From: the human T2T-CHM13v2.0 reference genome, Homo sapiens
NCBI RefSeq assembly: GCF_009914755.1
Contig: NC_060927.1
Length of the DNA stretch: 64,000 nt
Direction: 5' to 3' (one strand)
Both the position numbers and the translations under genes were made by a program. Positions 29,321-42,745 of this stretch are shown here, in pieces (positions within the stretch are counted from its first letter, which is position 1; every line of letters starts with the position of its first letter). The notes under the pieces were generated by a model. It was not told where the DNA came from and ran no database searches. It saw nothing but the letters and a program-made list of their open reading frames with translations.

Positions 29321-30632
29321 ATATGTTGTTTTTCTAAGGTACCTTATATCTATCCATCTCCAAGTCTTTCTGGGTAACATAGTTGAAGAACTACAATTTT
29401 CAGAGACACAATCTAATGGAGTGACCATCTTTTCATATGAGAAAAGGAAGTCTCAAGGACTAAAGGACACACAGCAAGTAGCCCACCAAGTTAGCATGAA
29501 GGATAGGAGCAAAAGGACACCTTCTGATTGATCTTTGGTGTGAACTAGTAAGCTAAGATTTTTTTTTTGAAGACCTAGTATCTGAAGAACAAAAATTCAC
29601 TGTTATCAATGTCTTATTACCTTAAAATCCTATATTAGATGGTTTATGAATATTGTTGAAAATGAATTATTTCTGTGTATGGAACGATTAGCTTGTAAAC
29701 ATAATATATAAGAGCATACAGACAGCAGGTCTAAATCAGACGTCCTAATTTCATTTCCATTTCTGGTCCCTGTGATTTCATGAAAAAGATTTCAAGCATA
29801 GTATCTCTGGAATTAAATTGTGCTTTATTAAGTATAAAATAGGCATATAATATTAATACATAAAAACATTTCAAACTATGTAATAGGAAAATCTTTATAA
29901 GAGAAAATTTGAGTATCTTGGTTAATAATAGAAAATGGGGAAAATGTTCTGCTACGGGAGGTTGCAATTAATACTAAACATAATAATTAAAGAATTTTTT
30001 TAGTTTTTCTTTATACAAGTTTTTTTATTATTATGTTTGCTTTTATTTCTGAATGAGACAGTCAATCAAGTCAAGTGGTACTGAAATCCATATCATTAGG
30101 CTGTCTGGTTGTTATTTTTCAAAGTTTTAGAATCAGTTTTTAGACTTGAATATATATTGGTTGCCTATATGTTCTATCAGCTAGGATATAATTGTATTAT
30201 TTACAATTTAATGAGATAAATTTTAATTTAAGATAAATATATTTAAAAACTCATGTTCTCCATAGGTAAGCACTAATCAAAACTTCTTTTCCTGCTCAGA
30301 GTTGTAAGAGAAGAGCTCTCTGCATGACCCAGCTCTCACCCCCAATGTAGGGAAAGGTGACTATAAACTTGAACAGCAGAGTAGGTAATTTGAGACATTT
30401 TCTCTCAAACTCTACTAAGAGGGAAAACATTATTGTCTTCCAATTTGGAAATCAGCAGTTCTTTAAAGGAGGAATGCCTGGGGGATGGACGTGTCAGGTA
30501 AGGAAATGAGATAGGAGGACAGTTTTGAAAAATAACTTTACCAAAGGCATTTTGAGTTGCTTCAGAGAGCTCCAGAGCTATTCTGTTTGGTTCTGGATCA
30601 GAACAGCTGCTTCCTTTTCTTGCTTGACTGAT

Positions 30633-31169
30633 TGCCGAGACCAGCTTGGTAGGGGAGACCCTAACCTAGCTGCGCTGGAGGAATTAAAGACACACACACA
30701 CAGAAATATAGCGGTGTGGAGTGGGAAACCAGGTGTCTCACCGCCTTCAGAGCTGAGAGCCTGGAACAGAGATTTACCCACATATTTATTGACAGCAAGC
30801 TAGTGATAAGCATTGTTTCTATAGATTATAGATTAACTAAAAGTATTCCTTACGGGAAACAAAGGGATGGGCCAAAATAAAGGGATGGGCTCTGGCTAGT
30901 TATCCACAGCAGGAGCATGTCCTTAAGGCACAGATCGCTCCTGCTATTGTTTGTGGTTTAAGAACGCCTTTAAGCAGTTTTCCCGCCCTGGGTGGGCCAG
31001 GTGTTCCTTGCTCTCATTCCGGTAAACCCACAAACTTCAGCGTGGGCGTCATGGCCATCACGAACTTGTCACAGTGCTGCAGAGATTTAGTTTATGGCCA
31101 GTCTTGGGGCCAGTTTGTGGCCAGATCTGGGGGCAGTTTGTGGCCAGATTTGGGGGCTTATTCTCAACA
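30633..31169 (-). mobile_element. MER9a solo LTR (HERV-K9/HML-3)
   Basis: TG...CA ends; 6-bp TSD ACTGAT (30627-30632, 31170-31175); reverse complement starts TGTTGAGAATAAGCCCCCAAATCTGGCCA as in MER9. Confidence 0.92.
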
Positions 31170-31394
31170 ACTGATAAGAAAATACTCAGCCTCTCTTGAC
31201 TAGATCTTGTTCATGTTTTTCATTTATGCAGAAACGGAGTTCTATGTATGCATTTAATTAGATACACAACAATGCAGGCTATCCTTAGGGAGCAATTTGA
31301 AAAATATTTTTCTAAAATCTGAAATCAAACCGACTGTCTTTTTTAGTGAATAACAGTGAAATATTTAAACTGTTGACCATAAACATGGATCCTA

Positions 31395-31729
<335 letters not shown>

Positions 31730-31856
31730 CCCATTCTGGGTCTAGCTCTGGGTGTAGACTTTAGCAAATTCTTTTCTTACTTGCAGTCTGAACGCCAATT
31801 TAATTCCTCCAGTCTCATTAAATCCTAAAGAAAAATTATTTTAAAATGTCTATGAC

Positions 31857-32114
31857 TTGGGAGGCTGAGGCAGGTGGATCACAAGCTCAGGGGTTCAAGA
31901 CCAGCCTGGCCAATATAGTGAAACCCCATCTCTACTAAAAATACAAAAATTAGCCGGGCATGGTGGCACATACCTGTAGTCCCAGCTACACTGGAGGCTG
32001 AGGCAGGAGGAATCACTTGAACCTTGGAGGTGGAGGTTGCAGTGAGCTGAGATCATGCCACTGCACTCCAGCCTGTATGACAGAGAGAGACTCCGTCTTG
32101 GAAAAAAAAAAAAA
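31857..32114 (+). mobile_element. AluS (Sg-like) SINE, 5'-truncated
   Basis: Starts at TTGGGAGGCTGAGG; TSD core TCTATGAC on both sides. Confidence 0.93.
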
Positions 32115-32659
32115 TCTATGACAGCTAAAGCTCACCAAGTTAGATCATGGCATATTGTGAACATATCCACATATTATTTTATTTGAACTTAAATTGTATC
32201 TAAGTTGTAAAATATAAATATTTAGCACATTTATTTTTACAATAAAATTGCAGAAGTTTAGTGTCAAATTCATGATCCAATGTTCACAATTAGGTAATTT
32301 CCTCTTCTATTGTTTTGTCCCTAATGACTGATGTTGTTGTTTATGTTTAATTTTGTATGCTGTCTCTAACCACTTTGAAGGTAGAAATAATATAAATAAA
32401 TCTTCAATAAATAAAAATATACTAAAGCAAGTCAATCAGCTGGCTGTGAAGACCTGACAAGAAAGCTTTACATTTTTCTGATGCCTTCAGAAATCCAAGA
32501 GATTTAATTTCTCCCTGAGAAATCAATTTCTCTCTCTTTCTGGTAGTTTCTGTAACAATTAGCATCTTAACATTCTCCCACCCACTGCTTTCCTGGGGTA
32601 TAAAATATTTGTAAGCTTTATTTTTGCCCAGTAAAAATCCAGTAAGAAGAGAGAAATAA

Positions 32660-33007
<348 letters not shown>

Positions 33008-33234
33008 TGAGACCATGGCAAATTGTTGTTGTTATGGTAGAAAATTCTTGATTCAGATTTTTTCAATTCACCCACATTACAGTAATAAACAATAAACTAC
33101 AGTAATAAACAGCAAACAGTTTATTACCGTAAATAATAGTAATAAATTAATAAAGAAAAGGCAAGTGTAGAAGTATGAATTCCCAATATAGGTGTTTTTC
33201 GCTTCTCTGTAACCAAATGTTGGGTCACATAACC

Positions 33235-33450
33235 TAAGGGCTAAAGGTGGAATGTGGACTCATTTGGATATTGCTGTCCTCCCTTGCATGACTTTGATCA
33301 AGTTATTTAACCTCCTTGTAATTACCTGGACATCAGGCAAGATGAAATTACTGACCTTATAGTATTGTAAGGCGAATTCAACGTGCTAATGCATATAAAG
33401 TTTTTCACACAATGCCTGGCACAGATGAAGTGTGCTCAACCAATGTTAAC
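33235..33450 (+). mobile_element. MIR SINE
   Basis: TGACTTTGATCAAGTTATTTAACCTC...CACAATGCCTGGCACAG. Confidence 0.7.
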
Positions 33451-33567
33451 TTAGGGAAAAGAAAAAACAAAAAACAAAAACACTTAGGAGGTGGTTCATA
33501 TATGCCAGGAGGCATGAAGGTCCAGTGCTGGTGCTTTTATTTCTGATTACCGTTTCTGTTAGTAATT

Positions 33568-33695
33568 GCTATATATATATATTTGCTATATATATATATA
33601 GCATGTATATATATAGCATATATTATAGCATATATATATATATACACCATACCACAAAACTGCAAATATATATATATATATTTTTTTTTTTTTTG
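33568..33695. repeat. Interrupted (TA)n tract plus poly-T
   Basis: Directly visible. Confidence 0.9.
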
Positions 33696-36600
33696 AGGTA
33701 CAGTTTGAGGTTTAGTCTCTTCCCTAACCGCCCTCAACTCCAGTCTCCATCAAAAAACGTCATTTTGTTTGTGAATGCTGTACAAGTTTTTTGTTCAACC
33801 AACATGGTGATATTTCAACTCATCATGTTCAAAACCCCATTTGTTAGAAGACGGTGATAACATCTGTAAAAAGTTTTGCCAAACGCAAGCTCCCTTTGCT
33901 AAAATGCATGTGTATATTCCTTTATCCCGGCCTGACCAGGTATCTGGACCATCTGTAGGTGGGTCATTGAGTGCTAATGAATCAGAGCAAAAACACAGTA
34001 TCAAGTAATCCACGAGTCTTTCTTGGAACAAGGATATATTAGCTCTGATGACTTGTACACTTACGCCAAAATAGCAATAAGTCTCAGTGTTAAATCATGT
34101 CTCTCATTATGTGTAGAAATAGATCACGTGTGACCAGTGTTCTTCTTGCTGATGCTCATGTCCCACATGTGGGAAAATAGAGATCTTCCATCTATAACCT
34201 TTTTACCCCTACACCACTTATTTGCTGAAAACACACCCCACAGGCAAGCAGACAGCATAAACTAATCGGAGGAAGGAGTTTGTGATATATCTTCACTTTC
34301 TGCCTCCCCTACTCCGACCCAACAAACGATTTATATGTAAATACACACAGAGCTAAGGCAGACACTAAGTTGCCTAAATTAAATGACAGTCAGTCCCTGA
34401 GGACCAGCAAACATTCTCCAGGACATCAAGGATTATGGTCGTTCTCCTCAAGGGCCTGACAAGACAAAGGGCTGTTTGGATAATAAGACATACAGTCTCA
34501 GTTCATCTATTTGCATACATAGAAATTAAAGTCTGATTGGTGAGCATGTGGGTGTATGATTACTGTATGTACAGAGTTCCTTCCATTCTTTCTGCCTGTT
34601 TTGGTAACACTTATTACAATATTTTCCCCCTTAAAGGGGGCTCAATTTGCATTAACTCCATATCTTAAATGCCATAAATGGGAAAGACATGGATGGGTTT
34701 TAGATCTTTATTTATGCCATATTCACACAATAAGAACATTACATTAAATAAATCAAATCCTCATCCTTGTTAGGGAGAAAGTGCTGTTTTGGATGTTAAG
34801 GGAAAATAAAATACACACTAATCTATCACTAGAAATTCAGAAAAAAAAATTTAATATAAAGATTAATTTTAACTGTTGATTATTTTCTCTTATCCTATAC
34901 CTCGTCAGGCAAAGACCTCATCACAAATTCTCCTTTAGGTATTTGTTAATTTTATGATTCTTTTAAAATAAAATAAGCAATGGTTTTGGCATATATAAAC
35001 TTTTAAAAATATTTTCATCAAATAATTTTTTTAAGGAAACTTATTTTAAAGATTTAGACAACTTATAGTAGATAGTTATTTAGAAAGCTAATTATCAGAA
35101 TGGAAATGACACGTATCTATCTGAGGGGCAATTTAGATCACAGATATGCTTCAGGGCTAGGAAGAAGGGAACAATCTCTTGTTTTTTAAATTTCTGAGTC
35201 TTGCTTAATGTTCTCTTATAGTAATATGAATTATGCATGCATGATTTATTCTTGGATTTTCATAAAAAATTGGATGATTATGTGTTTTGTTTAAAGAAAT
35301 GATGTTCAAGGTTTAAAGTGAAGTTAAGCACATTACTTTACTATAGGACTATTGATTCTAATGTTTGGTAATGTTACGTTGAGTTTCCAAACTTATTTGA
35401 CCAAGGGATCCTTTTCCCTTCCTGTGGAGTACCTCCGAACAGTAATATTTTATAGAATCTGTTAACATACCATCTACACTACAAACTGGAATTTTGCATT
35501 TATTGTATTACATGATTTAGCTATTTTTTTGAAGTCTCTCTAAAGTTCCCTTCTCAAGATGCATTTAAAATAATCATTCACCACTTTAATAGTGAGTTAG
35601 AAGAAAATAATAATTTTAAAACAACTGCCCATTATATTCAGCTGGAATAAGGTAAAAATATGGGGACATTTTATCTGCCTTATATCCCTTTCTGAAAGAA
35701 ACCCACTGATAGAAACCCATCTTGGTGATACAAAAGCTACTAAAAAGATAATTTCAAAGGGAATTGTGTCGAATGGTTCTGCCCTGTATTTTTTAAGATA
35801 TCATTAAAGTAAGTCAATGCTAACCACATTAACCAGTAATAATCACAAATTTTAGCTAATAAATTATTAATGTAATGTAGACCATTTGTCAGCAGGAAAC
35901 ACTTTATCCAATCTTTTCATTCTCTTCATTACCACTCTGTGAATAGTCTGATTAACTGTCAGTTACATACATAATTCTTGTTACAGTTTGTTTATTGCTT
36001 TTCAGCAACCTGGTAATCCTAGTGGATGAAAATATTTTTCATTTGTCACAGTGACACGTGCTATGAAATGAAAATATGAACAGCTGCAGGATTGCCTAAA
36101 CTGATAAAACATATTTATTTAAGATTCCACTCCATTTTTTAAAACTTCCAATTTAACTAAAATTAACCACAGGATTAGACTTTGGTTTCAGATATGCCTT
36201 TATTGTAAGACAGATACAATTTCAGAAAAAAAAATCAGCAAAGTCTTTGACTGTCATATCTCAAGCTTGACATTTTAACGTATTTTTTTCCCTAAGGAAC
36301 TTATTCTGCAACAGATTATTTGATCAGCTTTGCTGCCTTGCCTAACTCATGGCTCTTAAATAGTTCTCAATTCTTCTACTTAGTCCAGTACACACGCCAT
36401 TTTCATCAACTTCCTATAGACTGGCATCTTGGGTCGTGGGTTATGTTGCTTTTTTCTTAGACTATTTCTGCATGTCTACATTTTTTCTTGAGCCATGGAT
36501 CACTATTGTAGAAGTAGCAACATAGATAAAACATAAGTATATAAAAAACATTTAAAAAGAGAGTTTTGATGGATGAGGGAGGGTATCTTATTTTTATTTC

Positions 36601-37019
36601 TTCTGAGAAATTTGGAGCTTAAAATAAATGTCATTTCTACCATATTAAGTTTTTGCTATATATTTAAGAAACTATTTTATACAAATATCTTATTAAACAA
36701 TCATATTTGATAGAATTCCAAGCAAAATTTACTCTAAAGTATAGATAATAAATCCATGGTTCTATTGGTAGCAAAGTATACATACCCTGGTAATAAAAAT
36801 TTACTTAAAATCTTATTTAGAAGACTTTTATTACACAGGAGATAGACATAAAAATGGAAGATGGGAAATATTAGGAAATCTTATATTTTAGAAGATTATA
36901 TAAATAATAAAGTAACAAAAACAGAAAAATGCTATGTAGATACTAAAATCTTATATAGACAATTTAAGTTTTATCTTGTGAAACTTTCCCAAGTGAATGT
37001 AAACTGGCATCTTGCATAT

Positions 37020-37298
37020 CCTCCCTAAATGTATTTATTTGTCTTACATGATGAGTGATAAAAATAATCCACTATCTAAAAATTAGGAAATTTGAAATGT
37101 AAACTTTGCATCCTATTGTCATTTGAGAAAGTCAAAGCTCTGGCAGCAATATGCTAGGATTCCCCTATGGAAGGAATTGGCTTTAGGGAACATGTGCTCC
37201 CAAACCATCCCCATCACTTCCTATTTTCTTATACCCAGGCCATTTCATGCATGTATAGTACCTGCCTGGACCCTGTAGGCATTAGTGTTTGAAACTGG
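37020..37298. mobile_element. MER102-like hAT-Charlie DNA transposon remnant
   Basis: ACCTGCCTGGACCCTGTAGGCATTAGTGTTTG terminal block recalled from MER102. Confidence 0.5.
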
Positions 37299-39687
37299 TA
37301 CTAACTACCACAAATAAATTCTTTTGGATAGAGTCCAAAATGCATCTCTCTTATACTGAATCCTATTTTATTGCAAAGAGGGTTATAATAAATTTATAGT
37401 ATATAATTAAATATTCATGTTCTAAAATGATTGCAAATAAAGTATTGCATGAAAGAGTATCAAGATAAAACTGAGTATACAATATTAGCTTTTAAGTGTT
37501 ACAGTTGAAGGTTTTTCTAAATAATAATGAATCTTTTATTTGTATAATGTAATAGACAAAGAGACTCCCTCGAGTCCCAAGGAATACTTCCAAGTGGTAT
37601 TGTCTTCATATTACTAAAAGAAACTTATTGATCAATGCAAATTTACACAGACACTTCTATTTATTTCTATTGGTGAAAAGGCCCAAATCTATTTCATTTT
37701 TTTCCTGTAGATATCAGAAACAAGGTAGGTAAAAGAATATTATTCATTTATAGATCAAGAATTGTCTAATTGAATAGGATATTTGAGATAGTTTGTTTCC
37801 CAGGTGAGGGTTTGCCCAATCCATAATCCATAAACTATATTAAACTGCTCCAAAATAATGAAGATATGACATATATTATTGACAAAATGTTTTCAGTTAA
37901 ATTATTAAATAGCTTCTGACTAATGTATGTTTCTTGAAAGTATTATATTCCTCTTAACATAGTTATTTTTTAATTTAAATATTCATTTGAGATACTATAT
38001 TTAAGAATGCCTAGAAATTTCAGCATTAAGGGACAGATCAGTATCTGTTCTTACTTTTCAATTGTTTGTTTTTTGGGGAAAATGTGCTAAGTATTACCTG
38101 TGTGATGGGTATACAAAGTTACATAAATATTACATGAAGCTGACATCATCATAGACATTGAAAAATATGTCAAGTGATATCTAACATAATTATGATATAT
38201 TAGTTGCATACCGAGGAAGTAAATAAAAGTAGGCAAGGACTTTTTAATGGACATGTTAGCTTGTACCATGTAAATGTGAATCTTCGGCTATCTCCTGTCC
38301 CATTGTGTATGTTAACAGGATTAGCTAGTATTAGCCCCCATCCACAAGAAGTGTGATATGCAGTATGACCCGTAAACCTCTCCTGGGATTCAAAAGGGCT
38401 AAGTTGAACCATGCATGATTTCAAAGTAATTCTCAGCACAATTATCTGCTTGACCTGCAAGATGAACAAGCATATCATTTAATTAATTGCCAAGCTCTTG
38501 TGAACAGTGCTGTTCATTTTTCTAGTAATTGCATGATGATCTGCCCTTGCTGATTCTTATGGGAATGACCAAAATTGCACATTAACTGGTTTGACGGCCA
38601 CTGTCCACATTGTCATCAAACACTACTTTCAATCTTGACATGAATGATTCTTTCTTAGGAATATCATAAAAGCATCCAAAAGACAATGTTTCCTTACAGC
38701 AGTGATAAATATGTTTTGATCATCTAAAGTCATAATACAAAAACATTTCCTTCCCCACTTACTTATGAGGTACAAATGTAAGCCATATCTCTAAAACTGT
38801 AAAGGTATACAGTAATTTATCAGTTAGTGATATATATGGTATGGTGAAGACTAATCTAGAAAGAATAGAAATGATGCAACAATTATATTAATTTATTCAG
38901 CCATAATAAAGGTGAAATATTTCAATTTCACATAGGTGTGTGATGAGAAGAAGGAAAGGGAATGTATGCTTTTCTCTTAGAGAAAATATAATACAAATCT
39001 GGCATTATTCTGATATGTAAGTTGCCATCTATTATTGTAGGTATTTATTCTAGATGCTCAATGAAGAATTTATTTTATGAACAAACAAATTAAGGAACAA
39101 CAACTCAGGCAGGGCAAAAAAGAAAAAAGAAATCCCAAAATATTTCACTCTGGAATTTGTCTACTGAATGTTTTTTCTCTCTCTGTCTCTAATTTTCTTA
39201 GTGTTTATATGTCTGTTTGCCAGTTTGAGACTCTGTTGTGTTCTCCACAATCAGATCAGATTCTAGAGTGTAATAAATAAACAAAAAATCAATGAGTTAA
39301 ACAGCTGAAATATCCATTTCTATTTCCAATTCATTGTGATACTCAATTATTTATCGCCTGAATTTCCTCATACAGCATAAAGAGATGAAGTCAATGTCAC
39401 AGTGTGTGGAATCAGTCTTTAACCCAATATAGGCTTCTAATTGCAATGATGTGTGTGTGTGTGGTGGGTGAGGGGGTTATTCTCTCCAGGAAGGAGCCCA
39501 GTTTTGTATGATGGAGTAAGATTGGGTGACTGTGTATCTTCAGAGGAAAAAGAGAAAGAATCCCTTATTAAATAAATCATGACATAAAATAGATTCTCCT
39601 TTGCCTCCTTATGTGACATTTTTCTAGGTAAAACTAGGTAATTGACAAATTTTCAAATGATCTCCTCAGGTTTTGTTCACTGCGGAT

Positions 39688-39921
39688 CAGGATTTCTGAG
39701 TCTCAGCCTTATTGACATTTTGGGCTGGATAATTCTTTGTAGTAGGGGCATGGCTGTACACTGTAGGATGTTTAGCAACATTCCTAGCCTCTATCTACTA
39801 GATGCTAACAGCAACTTTCTCCCACAACCTTAACCCTGTAGTGACAACCAAATACGCATCCAGACATTACCAAATGCTTTTGGGAAGTGGGTGCAAAATC
39901 ACCCGCAGCTGAGAACCACAG
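39688..39921 (+). mobile_element. MER20 (hAT-Charlie) DNA transposon
   Basis: TATTGACATTTTGGGCTGGATAATTCTTTGT...TGTAGGATGTTTAGCA...GTGACAACCA...TGAGAACCAC. Confidence 0.9.
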
Positions 39922-42568
39922 CTTCAGTTAATACTCTGAAATAAGAAACTTTGGCTCACTTCCCTCATTCCCAAAAGACACCCAATCATAGGCAATTATG
40001 GAAGGCAGGCTTTCTTTTTCAGGCAGAGCAAATAGTAATGTCCTACAGACAAGGGGAAGATAATCAGTAAAAGACAAAAAAGTAATACATGGCTTCAACT
40101 ACATTATATACATCATCATTTTATATCATCCCCATAATGAAGGTACCCCTGAGATATTGAAAAAGGGAGAAACTGGGTCAGTAATTGAAGAAAATACACT
40201 TTTACATGAATTATAAGATATTTTTGACACTGATGAGAAGCAGACCCAATTCTATTTTGAAGTTTTAACTCAGAATGAGCCCATACAATGGGGGCATACT
40301 GTCACATTCAATATCTGCTTAATATACTCACACAGTTTGCTTAACTATTTTAGATTAGCGACTTGTTTTTCTTGAATTTTTATAGCTTCATGGATCCTAC
40401 CTCAAGGCTTAATATCTGGGTGAATTCACCTAAGTTTTAAAAGGTATATTTAAATTCAACAATGGCTTTGCCAATTCCAAATAAAAATGAATAATGTGCC
40501 ACTATACCACCTTACATCAAAGGCAGTACATACAAGTTTATGTGAAGGGGTGAAAATATACATTTTTGGTACTTAATGATTTTTTAGGCAGCATTTTCCA
40601 AGCCGGTGTAATAAACTATAAGGAGCCAGATTAAAAATTCAAGTAAACATTAATAGGTCTCATAATTATTCTAACTATGCTAAATTAATATATATTTGCT
40701 GCAGAAATAATATGGTTATCTCTCTGAGAATACTGGATAGAAAATGTCCTTATATATGTATACAAATACTGTTCAAATATACAGAGTTTTACATATTAAT
40801 TCTAGTTCTATTATGGTAAAAATATCTTTCTTATAAAATCAAAGCTGACAAAATCTGGGGGGCTTTCGATAGTGTGGCAAGTATTTCTTAAATGAAGAGT
40901 TTGAGCTTCCACTGAGCATACTGTGATTTTCTGCCTCTCTTACAGATTTGTAATTCTTCACTATACACATCTTTTTCCTGTGATACCATCTTCTCTTCTT
41001 ATCTCTTTCCTCTCATCATAAACATTATCTTATTTTCAAGATGTTACTGCTTTTGCCACTGTTTTCCTAGACAAAACCAAGGAAATATTTCATGTGTGAT
41101 GTAAATGGAAAGAACTCAGTTTTTATCATCAGATATGTGAACTTGGCCAATTAATTTACTTCTTGAAGTCTCAGTTCTTTCATGGGGCAAATGAAGTTGC
41201 CTCTTATATTTCTTATATTTTTGCCAATTAGTAGATTCCCCACAATTAGTAAATATTATTATTCTTCATTAGGCTGAAAATGTTGGAGTATTTTTCCCTT
41301 GTGGGCAAGCCATACTTGATCCATTCAAAATAAAATGCTGAAGAAGTCTAATATAACATAAAATACCTTTCATTAGAAATATAGGGCCAGGTAAAATTTA
41401 CTATGAATCTTATTTTTCTCCTTTCTATCACTTTTTGTCTCTTAAACTGATAACATTTGTGGATTGTAAAAGATCTTTAAAAAAAAAAACAGAAGGACAT
41501 ATTCCCATTTGTTTATTATCAACATAATCCCTAGATTTTTTTAAATGTTGAGCATTAAGATTTATGTTTCTAAATACAATATGATTCCATCCCACATCTG
41601 AATGCAGTTATTACTATAATATAAATTAGAAAAATACTTGGTTATGTCTGGTGAATAATTTAATATATTCGGGATAATTACTTATTTTGTCCAACACAAA
41701 ACAAACAAACAAACAAAAACAAGAGTGTTTTTAGACCAGATAGGATTTTCTAAGCCTTAAGCTCTTGCTGTTACCCAGATTTTCTTTCTGGTTCTCAATA
41801 TGTCACAGCTATCTGTCCGCAGACTAGTATAAAGAATTTAGTAACCAAATGATTCAGAGACATTTTATGCAAATGGTAAACTTAGCATGAGTTCTCCGGT
41901 AGGTACTAATTGGAAGAGGGACAAAGAAGTTTTGAAGCAAAATTATGTTTTCTATCTGCCTTCTGAATTTCCTGCTCAATTTTGCTCAAAAGCCAAGTTT
42001 CTTCAAACTTGAGATCAAGTTCCCTTGGATAGCACACACTCAGAAACCAGGAAGCAGGGGACACGAAAGGAACAGTGAATACTAGAGGATCAGAGAATGT
42101 TTACCTGAACCACAGAAAAAATTATTTCTGAAACATCTGAATTATATCTCATAAATCTACGTTCCCCTCTTTTTCTTCTTCTGCCTCTCCTTCTCTTCTC
42201 TTTCTTCTTTTCATTTAACCCTGCAGACATTGTTGATGAACAACAGTATCTATATTATTCGAGTAAAAGCTAGAGGAAACTGCCCAGCTGCCTTATCAGT
42301 CTCTCCATATGCAAATATAAAGAATCTGATCCATCTCCTGATACTCGAGACCCAAAGGCAGCAATAGGATTATTCTGGGACCAATTCTTTCTCTGGAATG
42401 ACTTGAAATGTATACGAAAAAGCACGCACATCAGCAAGCCAAATGACTGATGGCACAGGACTCATCCATATTTATCTTTCCAGGATTGGACAGGCATCCT
42501 ATTGATTCATACAGGTCATTACACAACATGTTTACAATCCAGTACCATCCAATTCAAAAGGAAATGTG

Positions 42569-42745
42569 AAATTAGTGATGAATCTACTTGCAGGTCTGTA
42601 CCTAAGGCTCAAGATAGGTAATCAAGCATCACTCTGTTTTGACATCGCTGTACTCTCCCTTAGTTTAATGTCAGTCGGTCTTACGTAGATGACTCTAAAA
42701 CAATAGAAAATACTGAGATTGTCTAGTTAAAGGAACATTTTAAAA
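42569..42745 (+). repeat. Local direct duplication, copy 1 (~177 bp)
   Basis: Hand alignment to 44070-44242: 28 mismatches over 173 columns plus one 4-bp indel (~84% identity). Confidence 0.95.

Noticed and set aside
30525-30803. 92-aa ORF
   Set aside because: Runs antisense into the MER9 solo LTR; no retroviral internal sequence is present
33795-34031. DKGIYTC resembles the Ig F-strand DxGxYxC motif
   Set aside because: No matching B-strand Cys / C-strand Trp spacing and no convincing donor; likely chance
38400-38454. Alternative-frame peptide DNCAENYFEIMHG resembling CUB CxxDYLEIxDG
   Set aside because: Stop codon follows immediately and no other CUB motifs are present
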